Shown: positions 29,347 through 40,172 of the stretch, piece by piece
Layout of the letters: each line of letters starts with the position of its first letter
How positions within the stretch are numbered: the first letter of the stretch is position 1
NCBI GenBank assembly: GCA_944341445.1
Contig: CALVLZ010000006.1
Coordinates: forward strand, 70,738-134,737
DNA length: 64,000 nt
From: an uncultured Clostridia bacterium
GTDB taxonomy: Bacteria; Bacillota; Clostridia; Christensenellales; UBA1242
Direction: 5' to 3'
Position numbers and translations under genes: made by a program
Notes under the pieces: generated by a model
Databases searched by the model: none
What the model was told of the DNA's origin: nothing
Seen by the model: the letters and a program-made list of their open reading frames with translations, nothing else

Positions 29347-32300
29347 ATGGAAATTAAATTAGTAACAGCAACAAACTTAGATAAAGCAAATAGTTTTGCT
29401 TTAAAACTTTTAAAAAACAGGGATAAAAATTTTAATACAATAATAATAACTCCTGATAGAATGACGTTAAATGTTGAGGAGCAACTTTTTTTTGAACTAC
29501 AAGAAAATTGTTTTTTTGATATTAATGTTACTACTTTAACAAGACTTTCAAACACAATAATTTCTAACAGTGGATTAAACAAAAATGTTTTAACAAAAGC
29601 CATGGCAGTTGCTGTTATTAGAAAGATATTAGAAGACGAGCAAGCAAACCTAAAAATTTTCAAAAAATCAATTAGCTATTCGGGTTTTGCTGAAAAAATA
29701 TTCGATATTATAAGTATGTTTAAAAGTTGTAATGTTTCGCCTGAACAAATTAACACAAACTTTAACAATGAAACTTTAAAAAATAAGTTAAATGAAATTA
29801 AATTAATTTATGAAAAATATGAAAACTATTTGCAAAATGATTTTACTGATAGTTTTAACAAATTAAATTTATTTAAAAACTTAATAACAAAAGAAAATTT
29901 TGCAAAAACTAATATCTATTTTATTGGTTTTGACGATTTCACAAAACAAGCATATGATATTATTGCAAAGTTTTTTAAGTGTGCAAATTCTTGTGTTGTT
30001 GCTTGCTCAAAATGTAAAATTAATAAACCAAACAAAAACATATATTTAAACAATGTTTACGATAATATTAAAAGTTTGGCGTTTGAAAGTGGTTTATATG
30101 TTGATGAAATAGAATGTGATTCTGTTAATGTTGGAAGTAAATTATTTTTGGAAGAAAATTTGTTTGCTGTAAAACCTCAACAATATAAAGGTAACAAAAC
30201 TAATAACATTAATTTTATTAGTTTTGAAAACATTAAAAATGAATGTGAATATGTTGCAAAAAAAATAATAGATATGGTTGTAAAGCAAAACTATACCTAT
30301 TCAGACTTCACAATTGCACTTTCAAACTTTAACGGTTATGAAAGTGTTATGGAAGAAACTTTTTTAAAAGCCAATGTTCCTGTTTTTTTTGATAGAAGCA
30401 AAACTTTAGATAGTATGCTACCTGTAAGATTTATGCAAGATGTTTTTAAATGTATTGCAGGTGGGTTAAAAACAACAGATGTGTTAAATGTTTTAAAAAG
30501 TTCGCTAATAACATTAAAAGAAGAAGATATTAACGACTTTGAAGATTTGTTGTTAAAATATAATATTAAATTTTTAAATAATTTAAGTTTTGTAAAAACC
30601 ATTGTAAAAGATAACCCTTGTTTAGGCTTTATTGAAAATTTAATTGTTTTACAAAACAATGTTAAATCTGAAAATTTTGAAAATCTTTTTAAAAGCTATA
30701 ATGAATTTTTAGTCAACATTGGTTATGATTTAGCATTTGAAAATTTAATTAAAAAATTAAATGAATTGAACAAGATTGTTGAATTAAAAGAATTAATTCA
30801 AGCACAACAAAAATTTGTTAATTCAAGTGCGTCTTTAATTAAAATAATGGGTGACAGTTGTTTTTCAACAAAGCAATTTGTTGAAATATCAAAAGCATTC
30901 TTTGGGCAAATTAACATAACAGTGCCACCTATTATGGATAATTCAGTTTTTATTGGAAGTGTTCAAGATAGTTATTTTAAAGAAAATAAAGTTCTTTTTG
31001 TTTTAGGTTGCTCTGAAGGGGCTTTCCCACAATATAAAAATGATTTAGGTTTAATCAGTGATTCAGAAATAAACATTCTAAATAAAAACATAAACCTTTC
31101 ACCAACAATTAACTTTATAAACAAAAAAAATAAATTTAAAGCGTTTGAAGTTGCTTTAAAGTTTTCAGATAGTTTATTTTTCACATATTCAAAAGTGGAT
31201 AACGATGGCGGAGCAATGGATGCTTCAACCGCAATAAAAAATTTATATTGTGCATTAAATTCAAAACCTGTTTTTGTTCCACAAAAAGGTGAAAGTTTTT
31301 TAGATGTTTTGTATAATTGCAATGCAGAAAATTTAGAATTTAATGTTTCTTCGAACAAATTCAGCGAAGATGTTTTGCTTAATTACTTGTATCAATACGA
31401 CATAATTTTGAACAACAAAACTTTGTTTGAAAATATGGGCAGAATTATTAATGTTAATGAAGAATTGAATAACACTGTAATTAACAATGCTTTAAAAAAT
31501 TATAACGAAAACAATGTTAAAGAAAATATTAAAGAAAACAAAGAAGTTTGTTTTAACTCAAATAAAATTAGCGTAACGCAGTTTGAAACATTTTTTAAAT
31601 GCCCATATAAATATTTCGTTGATTATTGCGTTAAAATTAAAGAAAAAGATTACGGTGAAGTTTCCGCTCTTGATTATGGAAATATATTGCACGAATATAT
31701 GTATTTATTAGTGCCAAAAATTATGGAGCAATTAAAAAATAATGCAAATGTTAGCATTGATGAACTAAATGAAATTTCAAAAAATGTTTTAGATGTTGTT
31801 TTAAAAAATGATAAATACATTAAATTTGTAACAAACACTGCAAACTATAATTTAATAAAAGGTTTATATTCGGAAGCTAAACGTATTGCTTATTCTTTAT
31901 ATTTTGAGCAAATTCATTCAAAATTTAAACCAATTTATAGGGAAAAGAAATTTAAACTTGAAAATGCAATTTATTTAAAAAGCTTGAAAAAATATGTTGC
32001 AATTGAAGGTGTTATAGATAGAGTTGATGAATATGATTCTAAATTTAGAATTATAGACTATAAAACAGGTGAAGATAGTTTTAAAAATTTTAACGATATT
32101 GCATCAGGTAAAAAATTGCAATTAATAGTTTATGCAAAAGCTTTTGAAAACGAAAGCAAAATGCAACCTGTTGGGGCTTTGTATTTGCCATTAAAAAATA
32201 AATTTTCTAAATTTGAAGAAGAAAATTTATTTCAAATGCAAGGAGTTTTAACAAACGATATTCAAACTTTATTATGTATGGATGATAATTTAATAAATAG

Positions 32301-32619
32301 TGATTATTCTAGCTTTAGCTTGCCTGTTAAAACTGATAAAAATGGCAACCTTAGTTCATATTCACAAGATTTAAGATTAAGTGAACAAGATTTTGAATAT
32401 TTGGAAAATTATGTTTTTAATAAAATTAAAGAAGCGGTTAATGAAATTGAGAACGGCAGTATTCAACCAACTCCGCTAAAAGAAAACAAAAAAACTGTTT
32501 GTGATTATTGTTCATATTTAGGTATGTGTAAGTTCTCACAATTAAAAGGCAATAGTTACAAAGTTGCAGGTAAAGTTGCAACCATAAACGATTTAAAAAA
32601 GGAAGAAAATAATGAGTAG
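29347..32619 (+). CDS. addB: Helicase-nuclease complex subunit AddB (RexB)
   Basis: 1090-aa ORF. It has the RecB-type nuclease motif GVIDRVD...IIDYKTG and the Fe-S cysteines (FKCPYKYF and CDYCSYLGMC). It overlaps addA by 8 nt. Confidence 0.9.
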   Translation: MEIKLVTATNLDKANSFALKLLKNRDKNFNTIIITPDRMTLNVEEQLFFELQENCFFDINVTTLTRLSNTIISNSGLNKNVLTKAMAVAVIRKILEDEQANLKIFKKSISYSGFAEKIFDIISMFKSCNVSPEQINTNFNNETLKNKLNEIKLIYEKYENYLQNDFTDSFNKLNLFKNLITKENFAKTNIYFIGFDDFTKQAYDIIAKFFKCANSCVVACSKCKINKPNKNIYLNNVYDNIKSLAFESGLYVDEIECDSVNVGSKLFLEENLFAVKPQQYKGNKTNNINFISFENIKNECEYVAKKIIDMVVKQNYTYSDFTIALSNFNGYESVMEETFLKANVPVFFDRSKTLDSMLPVRFMQDVFKCIAGGLKTTDVLNVLKSSLITLKEEDINDFEDLLLKYNIKFLNNLSFVKTIVKDNPCLGFIENLIVLQNNVKSENFENLFKSYNEFLVNIGYDLAFENLIKKLNELNKIVELKELIQAQQKFVNSSASLIKIMGDSCFSTKQFVEISKAFFGQINITVPPIMDNSVFIGSVQDSYFKENKVLFVLGCSEGAFPQYKNDLGLISDSEINILNKNINLSPTINFINKKNKFKAFEVALKFSDSLFFTYSKVDNDGGAMDASTAIKNLYCALNSKPVFVPQKGESFLDVLYNCNAENLEFNVSSNKFSEDVLLNYLYQYDIILNNKTLFENMGRIINVNEELNNTVINNALKNYNENNVKENIKENKEVCFNSNKISVTQFETFFKCPYKYFVDYCVKIKEKDYGEVSALDYGNILHEYMYLLVPKIMEQLKNNANVSIDELNEISKNVLDVVLKNDKYIKFVTNTANYNLIKGLYSEAKRIAYSLYFEQIHSKFKPIYREKKFKLENAIYLKSLKKYVAIEGVIDRVDEYDSKFRIIDYKTGEDSFKNFNDIASGKKLQLIVYAKAFENESKMQPVGALYLPLKNKFSKFEEENLFQMQGVLTNDIQTLLCMDDNLINSDYSSFSLPVKTDKNGNLSSYSQDLRLSEQDFEYLENYVFNKIKEAVNEIENGSIQPTPLKENKKTVCDYCSYLGMCKFSQLKGNSYKVAGKVATINDLKKEENNE

Positions 32620-35600
32620 TTTAACAAAATCTCAAACCGAATTTGTTAAAAATGTTAATAAAAATTTGCTTGTTTCTGCAAGTGCTGGTTGCGGAAAAAC
32701 TTTTACCATGGTAACTAAAATAATCAATTTGTTAAAAAATGGATTAGATTTAGATAATTTGTTAATTATCACATATTCCAACGCTGCAGGTGCAGAACTA
32801 AAAACCAAAATTGCAGAAGAAATTATAAAAGAGTTGCAAGTTGAAAACAATCCTTTTGTTGAACATTTTTCCAATCAATTAGAAAAAATTGGCGTTTCAA
32901 ATATTGGAACAATTCATTCATTTTGCAAAAATTTAATAACTAAATATTTTTATAAATTGGAAATTTCTCCAACGTTTAAAGTTTTATCTGGAAGTGAATG
33001 GGATTATTTGTTTGATGAAGCAATTGAAAATGTGCTTTTAGAATATTCAAACAATAAAGATGAAAATTTTTATAATGTTTACGAACATTTTAGCGATAAG
33101 AGAAATAACAAAAAATTAAAAACTGTTATTAAAACAATTTATAATTTTATGGTTGCAAGTGAAGATGTTAACAATTGGTTTAACACTGTTTGTAAGCAAC
33201 AATTTAACACAAATTTAAACACTAACATGTCTGCTGTTTATTTGTTTAATTTGATGCAACAAACTTTTAAAGACTTACATAAAACATTTTTAAATTTTAA
33301 GTTAAAATTGCAGCAACTTCAAATTAATAAATATGATTCTTTTATTAATTCATATTTGTCTTTTTTAATGGATGCAACGAACTGTTCAGATTTTGAAAGT
33401 TTTGTTAAAGTTATGTTTAAGCCATATGAGTTTGATAAAAAACCAAGAGTAACAAAAGATATGCCTCCAGAAATATATGATTTGGATGGAAGCATTTCCG
33501 AATATAGACTTGAATTAAGTGACACAATAAAAAAATATAAAGAAATTTTAATTTCTGATGATTTAGAAGAACATAAAAATTCAATAATAAACTTAGAAAA
33601 CTTAGTTGTTAAATTATATGAAATTGTTTCAAATGTTCTAAAAGAATTTAAAACATTAAAATCAGATAGAACTTATATTGATTTTAACGATATGGAACAA
33701 TATTGTTTAACAATATTAAAAGATGAAGATATTCGTAAAGAAATATCAGATAAGTTTAAATATATTTTTATTGATGAATATCAAGACGTTAGTTATGTTC
33801 AAGAAGAAATTGTTAAAAATATTGCAAAACCTGATAACTTAAATATGATAGGTGATGTTAAACAAAGTATATATGCGTTTAGGCTTTGTTCTCCTGAAAT
33901 ATTTATTGATAAATATGATAAATTTAAAAATGACAATAAATTAGGTTTAGCTTTAGACTTAAATGAAAATTTTAGAAGTGAAAACTCAATTTTGCAATTT
34001 TCAAACTTTATTTTTAACACTTTAGCAACAGAAAACACAATTGGCATTAATTATTCAAAGAACGCACAATTAGAATGCGGAAATAATAACTTTAAAAATA
34101 TAACAAATAAAAATTGCAATAATCCAAAAGTTGTAATTTTAAATTCAGAAGGTTTAACAGAAGATGAACCAATAAAACAAGAAGCAATTTTTGTTGCAAA
34201 TGAAATAAAAGATTTATTAACTAAAAAATACATAAATTCAAAAACAGGCACATTGGATTTTTATAAGTATAAAGATATTGCTGTGTTAATGAGAGATGCA
34301 AGTGGCTACGCCAACACTTATTATTCTGTTTTTAAAGAATTGGGGATACCTGTTAATCTTAAACTAAAAACAAATGTGTTTAAAACTGTTGAAGTGCAAA
34401 CCATATATTCATTTTTAAAATTAGTAAATAATTTTAATGACGATGTTAGTTTGGCGGTTGTTTTACTAAGTCCAATTTGCAATTTAAAAGAAAGTGATCT
34501 AATAGAAATTAGAAAATTAGATTTGCAAAAACCTTTTAATAAAATTGTGTTTAATTTTAATAATTATAATTTAACAACAAAAAAACAAGAAAACATTAAA
34601 AATGTTATTCAAAATTTGTTTAAGGAAATTGAAAATTTTAAAATTGAATTGTCATTAAATAACTTGCAAACTTGTGTGAAAAATTTTGTGTTTAATCATG
34701 ATTTAATTAACTATTTTAAAGCTGATAAAAATGGTTCTGAAAGTGAAACAAATATAACAACTTTTATTAATATGTTAGGTCAGGAGAACTATAAATTTAG
34801 TTTAAATAAATTTTTAGAATATGCAAGAAAGTTTGAAAATGAAAATGATAACGAAATAAAAATTGCTAACAACTCAAACTCTGTAACAATTTGCACTATG
34901 CACACAAGTAAAGGTTTGGAATGGCCAGCTGTTATTGTTGTTGGTGCTGGAAAAAAATTTAATGAAAACATTTTAAAAGAAGACGTTGTTGTTTCTAGAG
35001 AATTTGGAATTGGCACAAAGGTTTTAAAAAACAAAAAAACAAGAACAAAAATAAAAACATTGGCTTTATCTGCTTGCATAAAACACACTCAATTAAAAGA
35101 GCATAAAGAAAATATAAGATTGTTTTATGTTGCTTTAACAAGAGCAAAAAATAGTTTAACTGTTGTTGCTTCAACTTCTGTTAAAAATGTAAAAGCAAAA
35201 AATAATAAAAATGCTTTAGCATTTAACACTTTTCTAGATTATTTATTGTTGCCATTAAGTGCGTCACAAATAAATAAATTGGTAGTTGAAAATAATCTTA
35301 ATATTAGTTTTAATAATGAACATTTTGTTTATGAGTTAAAAGAATTCGATAATACGGAAGATTTACATAAAACTAAAGAAAATGTTGTATTACCACAAGT
35401 TTGTGACAAAATTAGCAAACAAATTGTCACAAACATTAATATTAAAAACAACATTAAGCAAAACAATGTTGCAATAAAAAACACTGTTACAGGTGTTCTA
35501 ACTGAAGAAAATGACTATGAAAATTTGCAATTAAATGTTTTAGATTTTAAAGTTAATTTTGACGAAAGTTTGGTTAAAAATAAATCAGTTTCAATTGGAA

Positions 35601-36076
35601 ATGCATATCATAAAGTTCTGCAAAAAGTGGATTATTTTAAAGATAATAACTTATTTGAGATAGTTGAAAATTTAGCAAAATTTGATGTTGATGTTATGCA
35701 AAATATTGATAATATAAACATTAATTTATTAGAAAGTTGCGTTAAAAATATTAGAACTTTAATTAATAAAGATAGCAAAATTTTTAAGGAAGCGCAGTTT
35801 TTGTTAAGTGATAATCATAATAGTTTAATTGAAAAAAGCGATATTAAAACAAAAGTTATTGTTCAAGGTGTTGTTGATTTAATAATAATAAACAATGATG
35901 AAGCGTGCATTATTGACTTTAAAACAAACAAAAACACAAATTCTGAATATCTTTTAAATACCTATAAAACACAAATAAATTTATATGCAAAAGCATGTGA
36001 AAAAGCATTTAATGTTAAAGTAACAAAAAAATTAATTTATTCAATAATGGGCGAAAAATTTATTGTTGTAAAATAA
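32612..36076 (+). CDS. addA: ATP-dependent helicase/nuclease AddA (RexA)
   Basis: UvrD-type motifs SASAGCGKTFT and FIDEYQD. The C-terminus has the nuclease motif VVDLII...IIDFKTN. Confidence 0.92.
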   Translation: MSSLTKSQTEFVKNVNKNLLVSASAGCGKTFTMVTKIINLLKNGLDLDNLLIITYSNAAGAELKTKIAEEIIKELQVENNPFVEHFSNQLEKIGVSNIGTIHSFCKNLITKYFYKLEISPTFKVLSGSEWDYLFDEAIENVLLEYSNNKDENFYNVYEHFSDKRNNKKLKTVIKTIYNFMVASEDVNNWFNTVCKQQFNTNLNTNMSAVYLFNLMQQTFKDLHKTFLNFKLKLQQLQINKYDSFINSYLSFLMDATNCSDFESFVKVMFKPYEFDKKPRVTKDMPPEIYDLDGSISEYRLELSDTIKKYKEILISDDLEEHKNSIINLENLVVKLYEIVSNVLKEFKTLKSDRTYIDFNDMEQYCLTILKDEDIRKEISDKFKYIFIDEYQDVSYVQEEIVKNIAKPDNLNMIGDVKQSIYAFRLCSPEIFIDKYDKFKNDNKLGLALDLNENFRSENSILQFSNFIFNTLATENTIGINYSKNAQLECGNNNFKNITNKNCNNPKVVILNSEGLTEDEPIKQEAIFVANEIKDLLTKKYINSKTGTLDFYKYKDIAVLMRDASGYANTYYSVFKELGIPVNLKLKTNVFKTVEVQTIYSFLKLVNNFNDDVSLAVVLLSPICNLKESDLIEIRKLDLQKPFNKIVFNFNNYNLTTKKQENIKNVIQNLFKEIENFKIELSLNNLQTCVKNFVFNHDLINYFKADKNGSESETNITTFINMLGQENYKFSLNKFLEYARKFENENDNEIKIANNSNSVTICTMHTSKGLEWPAVIVVGAGKKFNENILKEDVVVSREFGIGTKVLKNKKTRTKIKTLALSACIKHTQLKEHKENIRLFYVALTRAKNSLTVVASTSVKNVKAKNNKNALAFNTFLDYLLLPLSASQINKLVVENNLNISFNNEHFVYELKEFDNTEDLHKTKENVVLPQVCDKISKQIVTNINIKNNIKQNNVAIKNTVTGVLTEENDYENLQLNVLDFKVNFDESLVKNKSVSIGNAYHKVLQKVDYFKDNNLFEIVENLAKFDVDVMQNIDNININLLESCVKNIRTLINKDSKIFKEAQFLLSDNHNSLIEKSDIKTKVIVQGVVDLIIINNDEACIIDFKTNKNTNSEYLLNTYKTQINLYAKACEKAFNVKVTKKLIYSIMGEKFIVVK

Positions 36077-36262
36077 AATGTTTTGCACATACTAAAACAA
36101 AATAACAAGTGTGATTTTGCACAATTCATATTGTTTTTTTAAGATTAAAAAATAATGTTGAAATTTGTAATAATTGCACTTATTTGTTTTTATTAAATTT
36201 AATTATATGATATAATGTAAGCAATAAAATTATGTGTGTATTTTAAGGAGAATGGGGAGAAC

Positions 36263-38233
36263 ATGTTTCAAGAAAATTTTATTTGGGCACCATTAATTGG
36301 TTTTATAGAAACAATTGGTAATTCTATAACCTTTGATTATTTAACAATTGGTGTGGCTGTTTTATTGTTGTTGGTTTTTGTTGTAACAATAATAAAAACA
36401 AAAAATTCTTATGAATTAAGATTGCTAAAAACATTAATAAGGTTAAACAAATACTTTGCAAAGAATCCATATGTTAATGAGGAAAATCTTGTTAAGTTTA
36501 ACGATTTAATGAAAAGCGTTCCAAAAAATTTGAGAACTTGCTGGCAAGAATATGTTTTAAATCGTGATAAATTGCCAAGTGAATATATGAATGTTGTTGC
36601 GTGTGTGGATCAACCAATTAAAACAAGTTCATATGCAAGTGCAACAAATATTTGTGGACATTTTGTTATGATTCTTTCTGCTTTAAGTTTGTTATTAGGT
36701 TTTAGCAGAATTTATGTTAGTGATAATTCAGGTTTAAGTGAAATATTATTGTTCTGCACTGTTGTTCCTGTTTTAACAATGGTTGTTGGATATCTATTTG
36801 TTAGTTATTTAAGAGCAAGAAGAACTGCAATAACTTCTAATCTATATATTAACTTTCACGAATTTGAAAGAAATATGAACAAGGCTTGTTCAACAATGCC
36901 AGAATATATTGATTATGAAATTTTATTCACTAAACGTGAAATTAAAGAAAGCATTCCTGTTTTACAAGATTATTTGGAAAAAAGAAAATTGCAAGAAAAG
37001 AAAGCACAAGAAGAAGCAGAATTTAATGCAATTAAATATGAAGACTTTGACTTTAGTGCTCTAGGTGTTGATAACTCTTTATTGCTAGAACGTGCAATGA
37101 AAGAAAGTGAAAGATATATGCGTATTAAAAATGCATTGCAAGAAAAAATTAACACACAACTTGTAGTTATGGAAAATTATCAAAAGAACTTTGATGAAGT
37201 AACAAAAAACTTTGAAAGAAAAGCTCAAGCAAGCAGAGAAACTCTTGCTCAGTTAAATGATCAAATTAGCAAAACAACAAGTTCAATCGATTTGAACTAT
37301 TTGAAAAAATCACAATCTGATGCACAAAAAGAATTGCAACAATTAGAAAAAGATTATGAATTAAGTTCAACAAAATTCCAAAAACAACAAGATGAAATTC
37401 AAAACGAAATTAACATTTTAAAACAAGAAATAGAAAAAAGAAAACGTGCAACCGAAGAAGCTATGTCTTCAGAATGCAAATCTTATGCAGGCAAAGTTCA
37501 CGATAAAATTAAAGAAAGTGTTGTTGAACAATCTAAACCAATTTTGGAAGAAATTGAGAAAAAGAAAACTGAACTTGAAATGCAAGTTGCAGACTTAAAT
37601 AACACTTATGAAATTAACAATGAAAAAGTTGAACAACAAGAAAAAGAAATTCAAGAATTAAAGAGCGATTATTCTCAAAAAGTTGCAGAATTGGCAGCTG
37701 TTCAAAACTTAAAAGATTATTTTGCTTCTGCTGAATTTGTTCAAAAGTTAAATTTAAATAATTCTGGTTCAACAAACAGCGAAGATGTTGAAGTTGAAAA
37801 TTTAAGAAATTCAAACGCTCAATTGTCAGCACAAGTTGAAAGCTTAAATGCAGAAATTTCTAATTTGCTTGCAGAAAACAAAAAATTAAAAGAAGAAAAT
37901 AATAAAAAAGTTAATGCAAATAATGTTCAAAAAGATGTTAATGAACTTCTAGAAATTCAAAAATCTATTGAAGAAGAAAATGAAAAGTTGAAAAAAGAAC
38001 AAGAAAAACTTCAAAACACAATAGATAAAACAATTTCTGAAATTGAAAAACCAAAAAAATCTGTAAAGAAAAGTAATCCAGGGGTTTTAAAGGAAAATGA
38101 AAATGTGTTTAATCCTGTTAAAACACGCAAAATGGATAAAATTAACAAGATGAAAAAATCTTTAAATCAAATGATTGAAAATGCAGATAACATTGAAACA
38201 AAAAGAAAATCAAAAAAGAAAAATGAAGAATAA
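36263..38233 (+). CDS. Membrane-anchored long coiled-coil protein
   Basis: The N-terminal region has 3-4 hydrophobic segments. It is followed by ~430 aa of heptad-like E/K/Q-rich sequence. The ATG at 36263 is preferred; 36236 is possible. Confidence 0.6.
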   Translation: MFQENFIWAPLIGFIETIGNSITFDYLTIGVAVLLLLVFVVTIIKTKNSYELRLLKTLIRLNKYFAKNPYVNEENLVKFNDLMKSVPKNLRTCWQEYVLNRDKLPSEYMNVVACVDQPIKTSSYASATNICGHFVMILSALSLLLGFSRIYVSDNSGLSEILLFCTVVPVLTMVVGYLFVSYLRARRTAITSNLYINFHEFERNMNKACSTMPEYIDYEILFTKREIKESIPVLQDYLEKRKLQEKKAQEEAEFNAIKYEDFDFSALGVDNSLLLERAMKESERYMRIKNALQEKINTQLVVMENYQKNFDEVTKNFERKAQASRETLAQLNDQISKTTSSIDLNYLKKSQSDAQKELQQLEKDYELSSTKFQKQQDEIQNEINILKQEIEKRKRATEEAMSSECKSYAGKVHDKIKESVVEQSKPILEEIEKKKTELEMQVADLNNTYEINNEKVEQQEKEIQELKSDYSQKVAELAAVQNLKDYFASAEFVQKLNLNNSGSTNSEDVEVENLRNSNAQLSAQVESLNAEISNLLAENKKLKEENNKKVNANNVQKDVNELLEIQKSIEEENEKLKKEQEKLQNTIDKTISEIEKPKKSVKKSNPGVLKENENVFNPVKTRKMDKINKMKKSLNQMIENADNIETKRKSKKKNEE

Positions 38234-38241
38234 TAAAAAAT

Positions 38242-38275
38242 AAAAAACGCAAAATTAAATTTGCGTTTTTATTTT
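38242..38275. terminator. Bidirectional terminator
   Basis: Hairpin aaaacgcaaa-attaaa-tttgcgtttt. Confidence 0.8.
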
Positions 38276-38934
38276 TCGCAATATTTTATAATTTCAGGTA
38301 ACAGACCTAAAGTTATTGCTGTTCTTAAATTTTGCGCAGTTATTTTTGTGTTGGTTTTAAAAATAATTTCATTATTATAAAATACGTTTTGCATCAGTTT
38401 TTTATTAATTAAGTTGTTAATGTTAAAGTTGTTGTTTTTTTGAATTATAACCTTTTGATTAGCTTTGTTTGCAATATCAAAAATACGCTCAAATTTATTT
38501 GTGCTTGAAGATGTTTTCTTTATTAATAAGTTGTTGGAAAAACACAAAATTTCACTTTTTAAAATTTCTTCATTTAAGTTTGTTTTAATTTTTGTTATTT
38601 TTAGTTTATCGGTTTCAATTTGCTTTATAGACCCTAAATATTTTCCGTTTTTGCCATAAGCTTCACAATTTATCAATGTTGCAAAATCTTCCGAATTTAG
38701 CCATATTAAGCTATAATCTAATAGTAGATAATTGTTTTTTAATATCAAAGAGTCTTCTGTTATTTTTAATATATTGTTAATGTGAATTATTTTATATTCA
38801 CATTTGTTATTAATTACTAAATATTGTATTTTTTTTAATTTAACATTAAAAACAATGTGTTTAACATATCCTATAATTTGGGGTGATTTTATTCTTATAA
38901 TCGGCTTATTTATAATCTTGGAAATTTCAAACAT
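38269..38934 (-). CDS. Hypothetical 221-aa protein, possibly two PRC-barrel-like units
   Basis: ORF with a ggag RBS. It shows a weak PRC-barrel-like pattern (KPIIRIKSPQIIGYVKHIVFN...KIQYLVI and GKYLGSIKQIETDKLKITKI). Confidence 0.45.
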   Translation of the reverse strand: MFEISKIINKPIIRIKSPQIIGYVKHIVFNVKLKKIQYLVINNKCEYKIIHINNILKITEDSLILKNNYLLLDYSLIWLNSEDFATLINCEAYGKNGKYLGSIKQIETDKLKITKIKTNLNEEILKSEILCFSNNLLIKKTSSSTNKFERIFDIANKANQKVIIQKNNNFNINNLINKKLMQNVFYNNEIIFKTNTKITAQNLRTAITLGLLPEIIKYCEK

Positions 38935-39047
38935 AAAAAACTCCTATTTTAATATTATATGATTGTTAATAATAATAATTTCTTTTAAATATTTAATTTT
39001 GTTTGTTTATTGTTTCTTTTGTGGTAATATATGAATGGAAGGGTTAT

Positions 39048-40160
39048 ATGAGTATATTATCTAAAATAAAGGAATTTTTTAATAAAAACATTGAATGTGG
39101 TGAAGAAATAGACAATGAAATTGTTTATTTGTATCCTGCAAAAAGAGGGCATTCAGTTGGTGTTAACATTGTTGTTAAAACAGGTTTTGTTGCTTGTTTC
39201 GTTTGTGGAAACAAGGTGACAGACGTTTTGTTTCCTGGCAAACACAAAGTTAATGGCTCTGTAATTCCAGGTGTTTATAAAAAATTAAAACTTGGAGTCC
39301 CTAATAAAAAGGGAAATCTTCCAAAAAAATTTAAATGCGATATTTACTTTGTTAACACTCAAATCATTTCAGATTTTGAATTTGAAAGTAATATTCCTTT
39401 TGTGTTTAAAACAGAAGAAATTGGAAAAGTTAAAGGTTATGTTGGAGGAATTTGCAAATTTCAAATTTGTGACGCAAACACTTTGCTTAATTATTATTTA
39501 AGTGAACAACCTAGAATTAAAAGTGCAAATTTAATTTACGAAGTATCTTCATATATTGGCAACAATGCAAGTAGGTTAATAGAAAAAAGCGAACTAAAGT
39601 TTTTTGATTTGCTTTCAAAACCAAACGATGTTTATGCTGTTGTGAATGCTGAAATAGAAGATGATGTTTCTGGGTTAGGAATAGCTGTTAAAGAAGTTAA
39701 GCTAACAAACTTAAATCTTCCTAAAAAAGTTCAAAAAAGAATGAATGAATATTTAGAACAAAAAAACAAAGAAAAAAATAATGAAGAAGAGTTTTTAAGT
39801 GAAAACGATATAAAAAGCATATATAATCCAGATGAGAAAATTGAAACATTAGATATATTGCAAGGTTTGGAAAATCAATCTAACGCGAACACTCAAAATG
39901 TTGATAATGTTGTTATGCAAAGAAGAACAACTAATACAAATGTTTTGTTTGATAGAAGTGAGCCACTATCTGATTTGATTAATGATATTAAAACGGAAAG
40001 TGCGGTGCAGGAAAATGATGAAAATTCTGAAACTAAAGAATTGGATGCTGAAAGTGTTTTAAATAATAATAAGGATTATAAAAAAGTGTGCAAATTTTGC
40101 GGAGAGTTGATTGATGCAAATTTTAATTATTGCCCAAAATGTGGATACAAACAAGAGTAA
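39048..40160 (+). CDS. YdjI-like SPFH-domain protein with a C-terminal zinc ribbon
   Basis: The architecture and N-terminal pattern resemble B. subtilis YdjI. The C-terminus is CKFCGELIDANFNYCPKCG. The ATG at 39048 follows a ggaaggg RBS. Confidence 0.55.
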   Translation: MSILSKIKEFFNKNIECGEEIDNEIVYLYPAKRGHSVGVNIVVKTGFVACFVCGNKVTDVLFPGKHKVNGSVIPGVYKKLKLGVPNKKGNLPKKFKCDIYFVNTQIISDFEFESNIPFVFKTEEIGKVKGYVGGICKFQICDANTLLNYYLSEQPRIKSANLIYEVSSYIGNNASRLIEKSELKFFDLLSKPNDVYAVVNAEIEDDVSGLGIAVKEVKLTNLNLPKKVQKRMNEYLEQKNKEKNNEEEFLSENDIKSIYNPDEKIETLDILQGLENQSNANTQNVDNVVMQRRTTNTNVLFDRSEPLSDLINDIKTESAVQENDENSETKELDAESVLNNNKDYKKVCKFCGELIDANFNYCPKCGYKQE

Positions 40161-40172
40161 AGGAGATAGATT

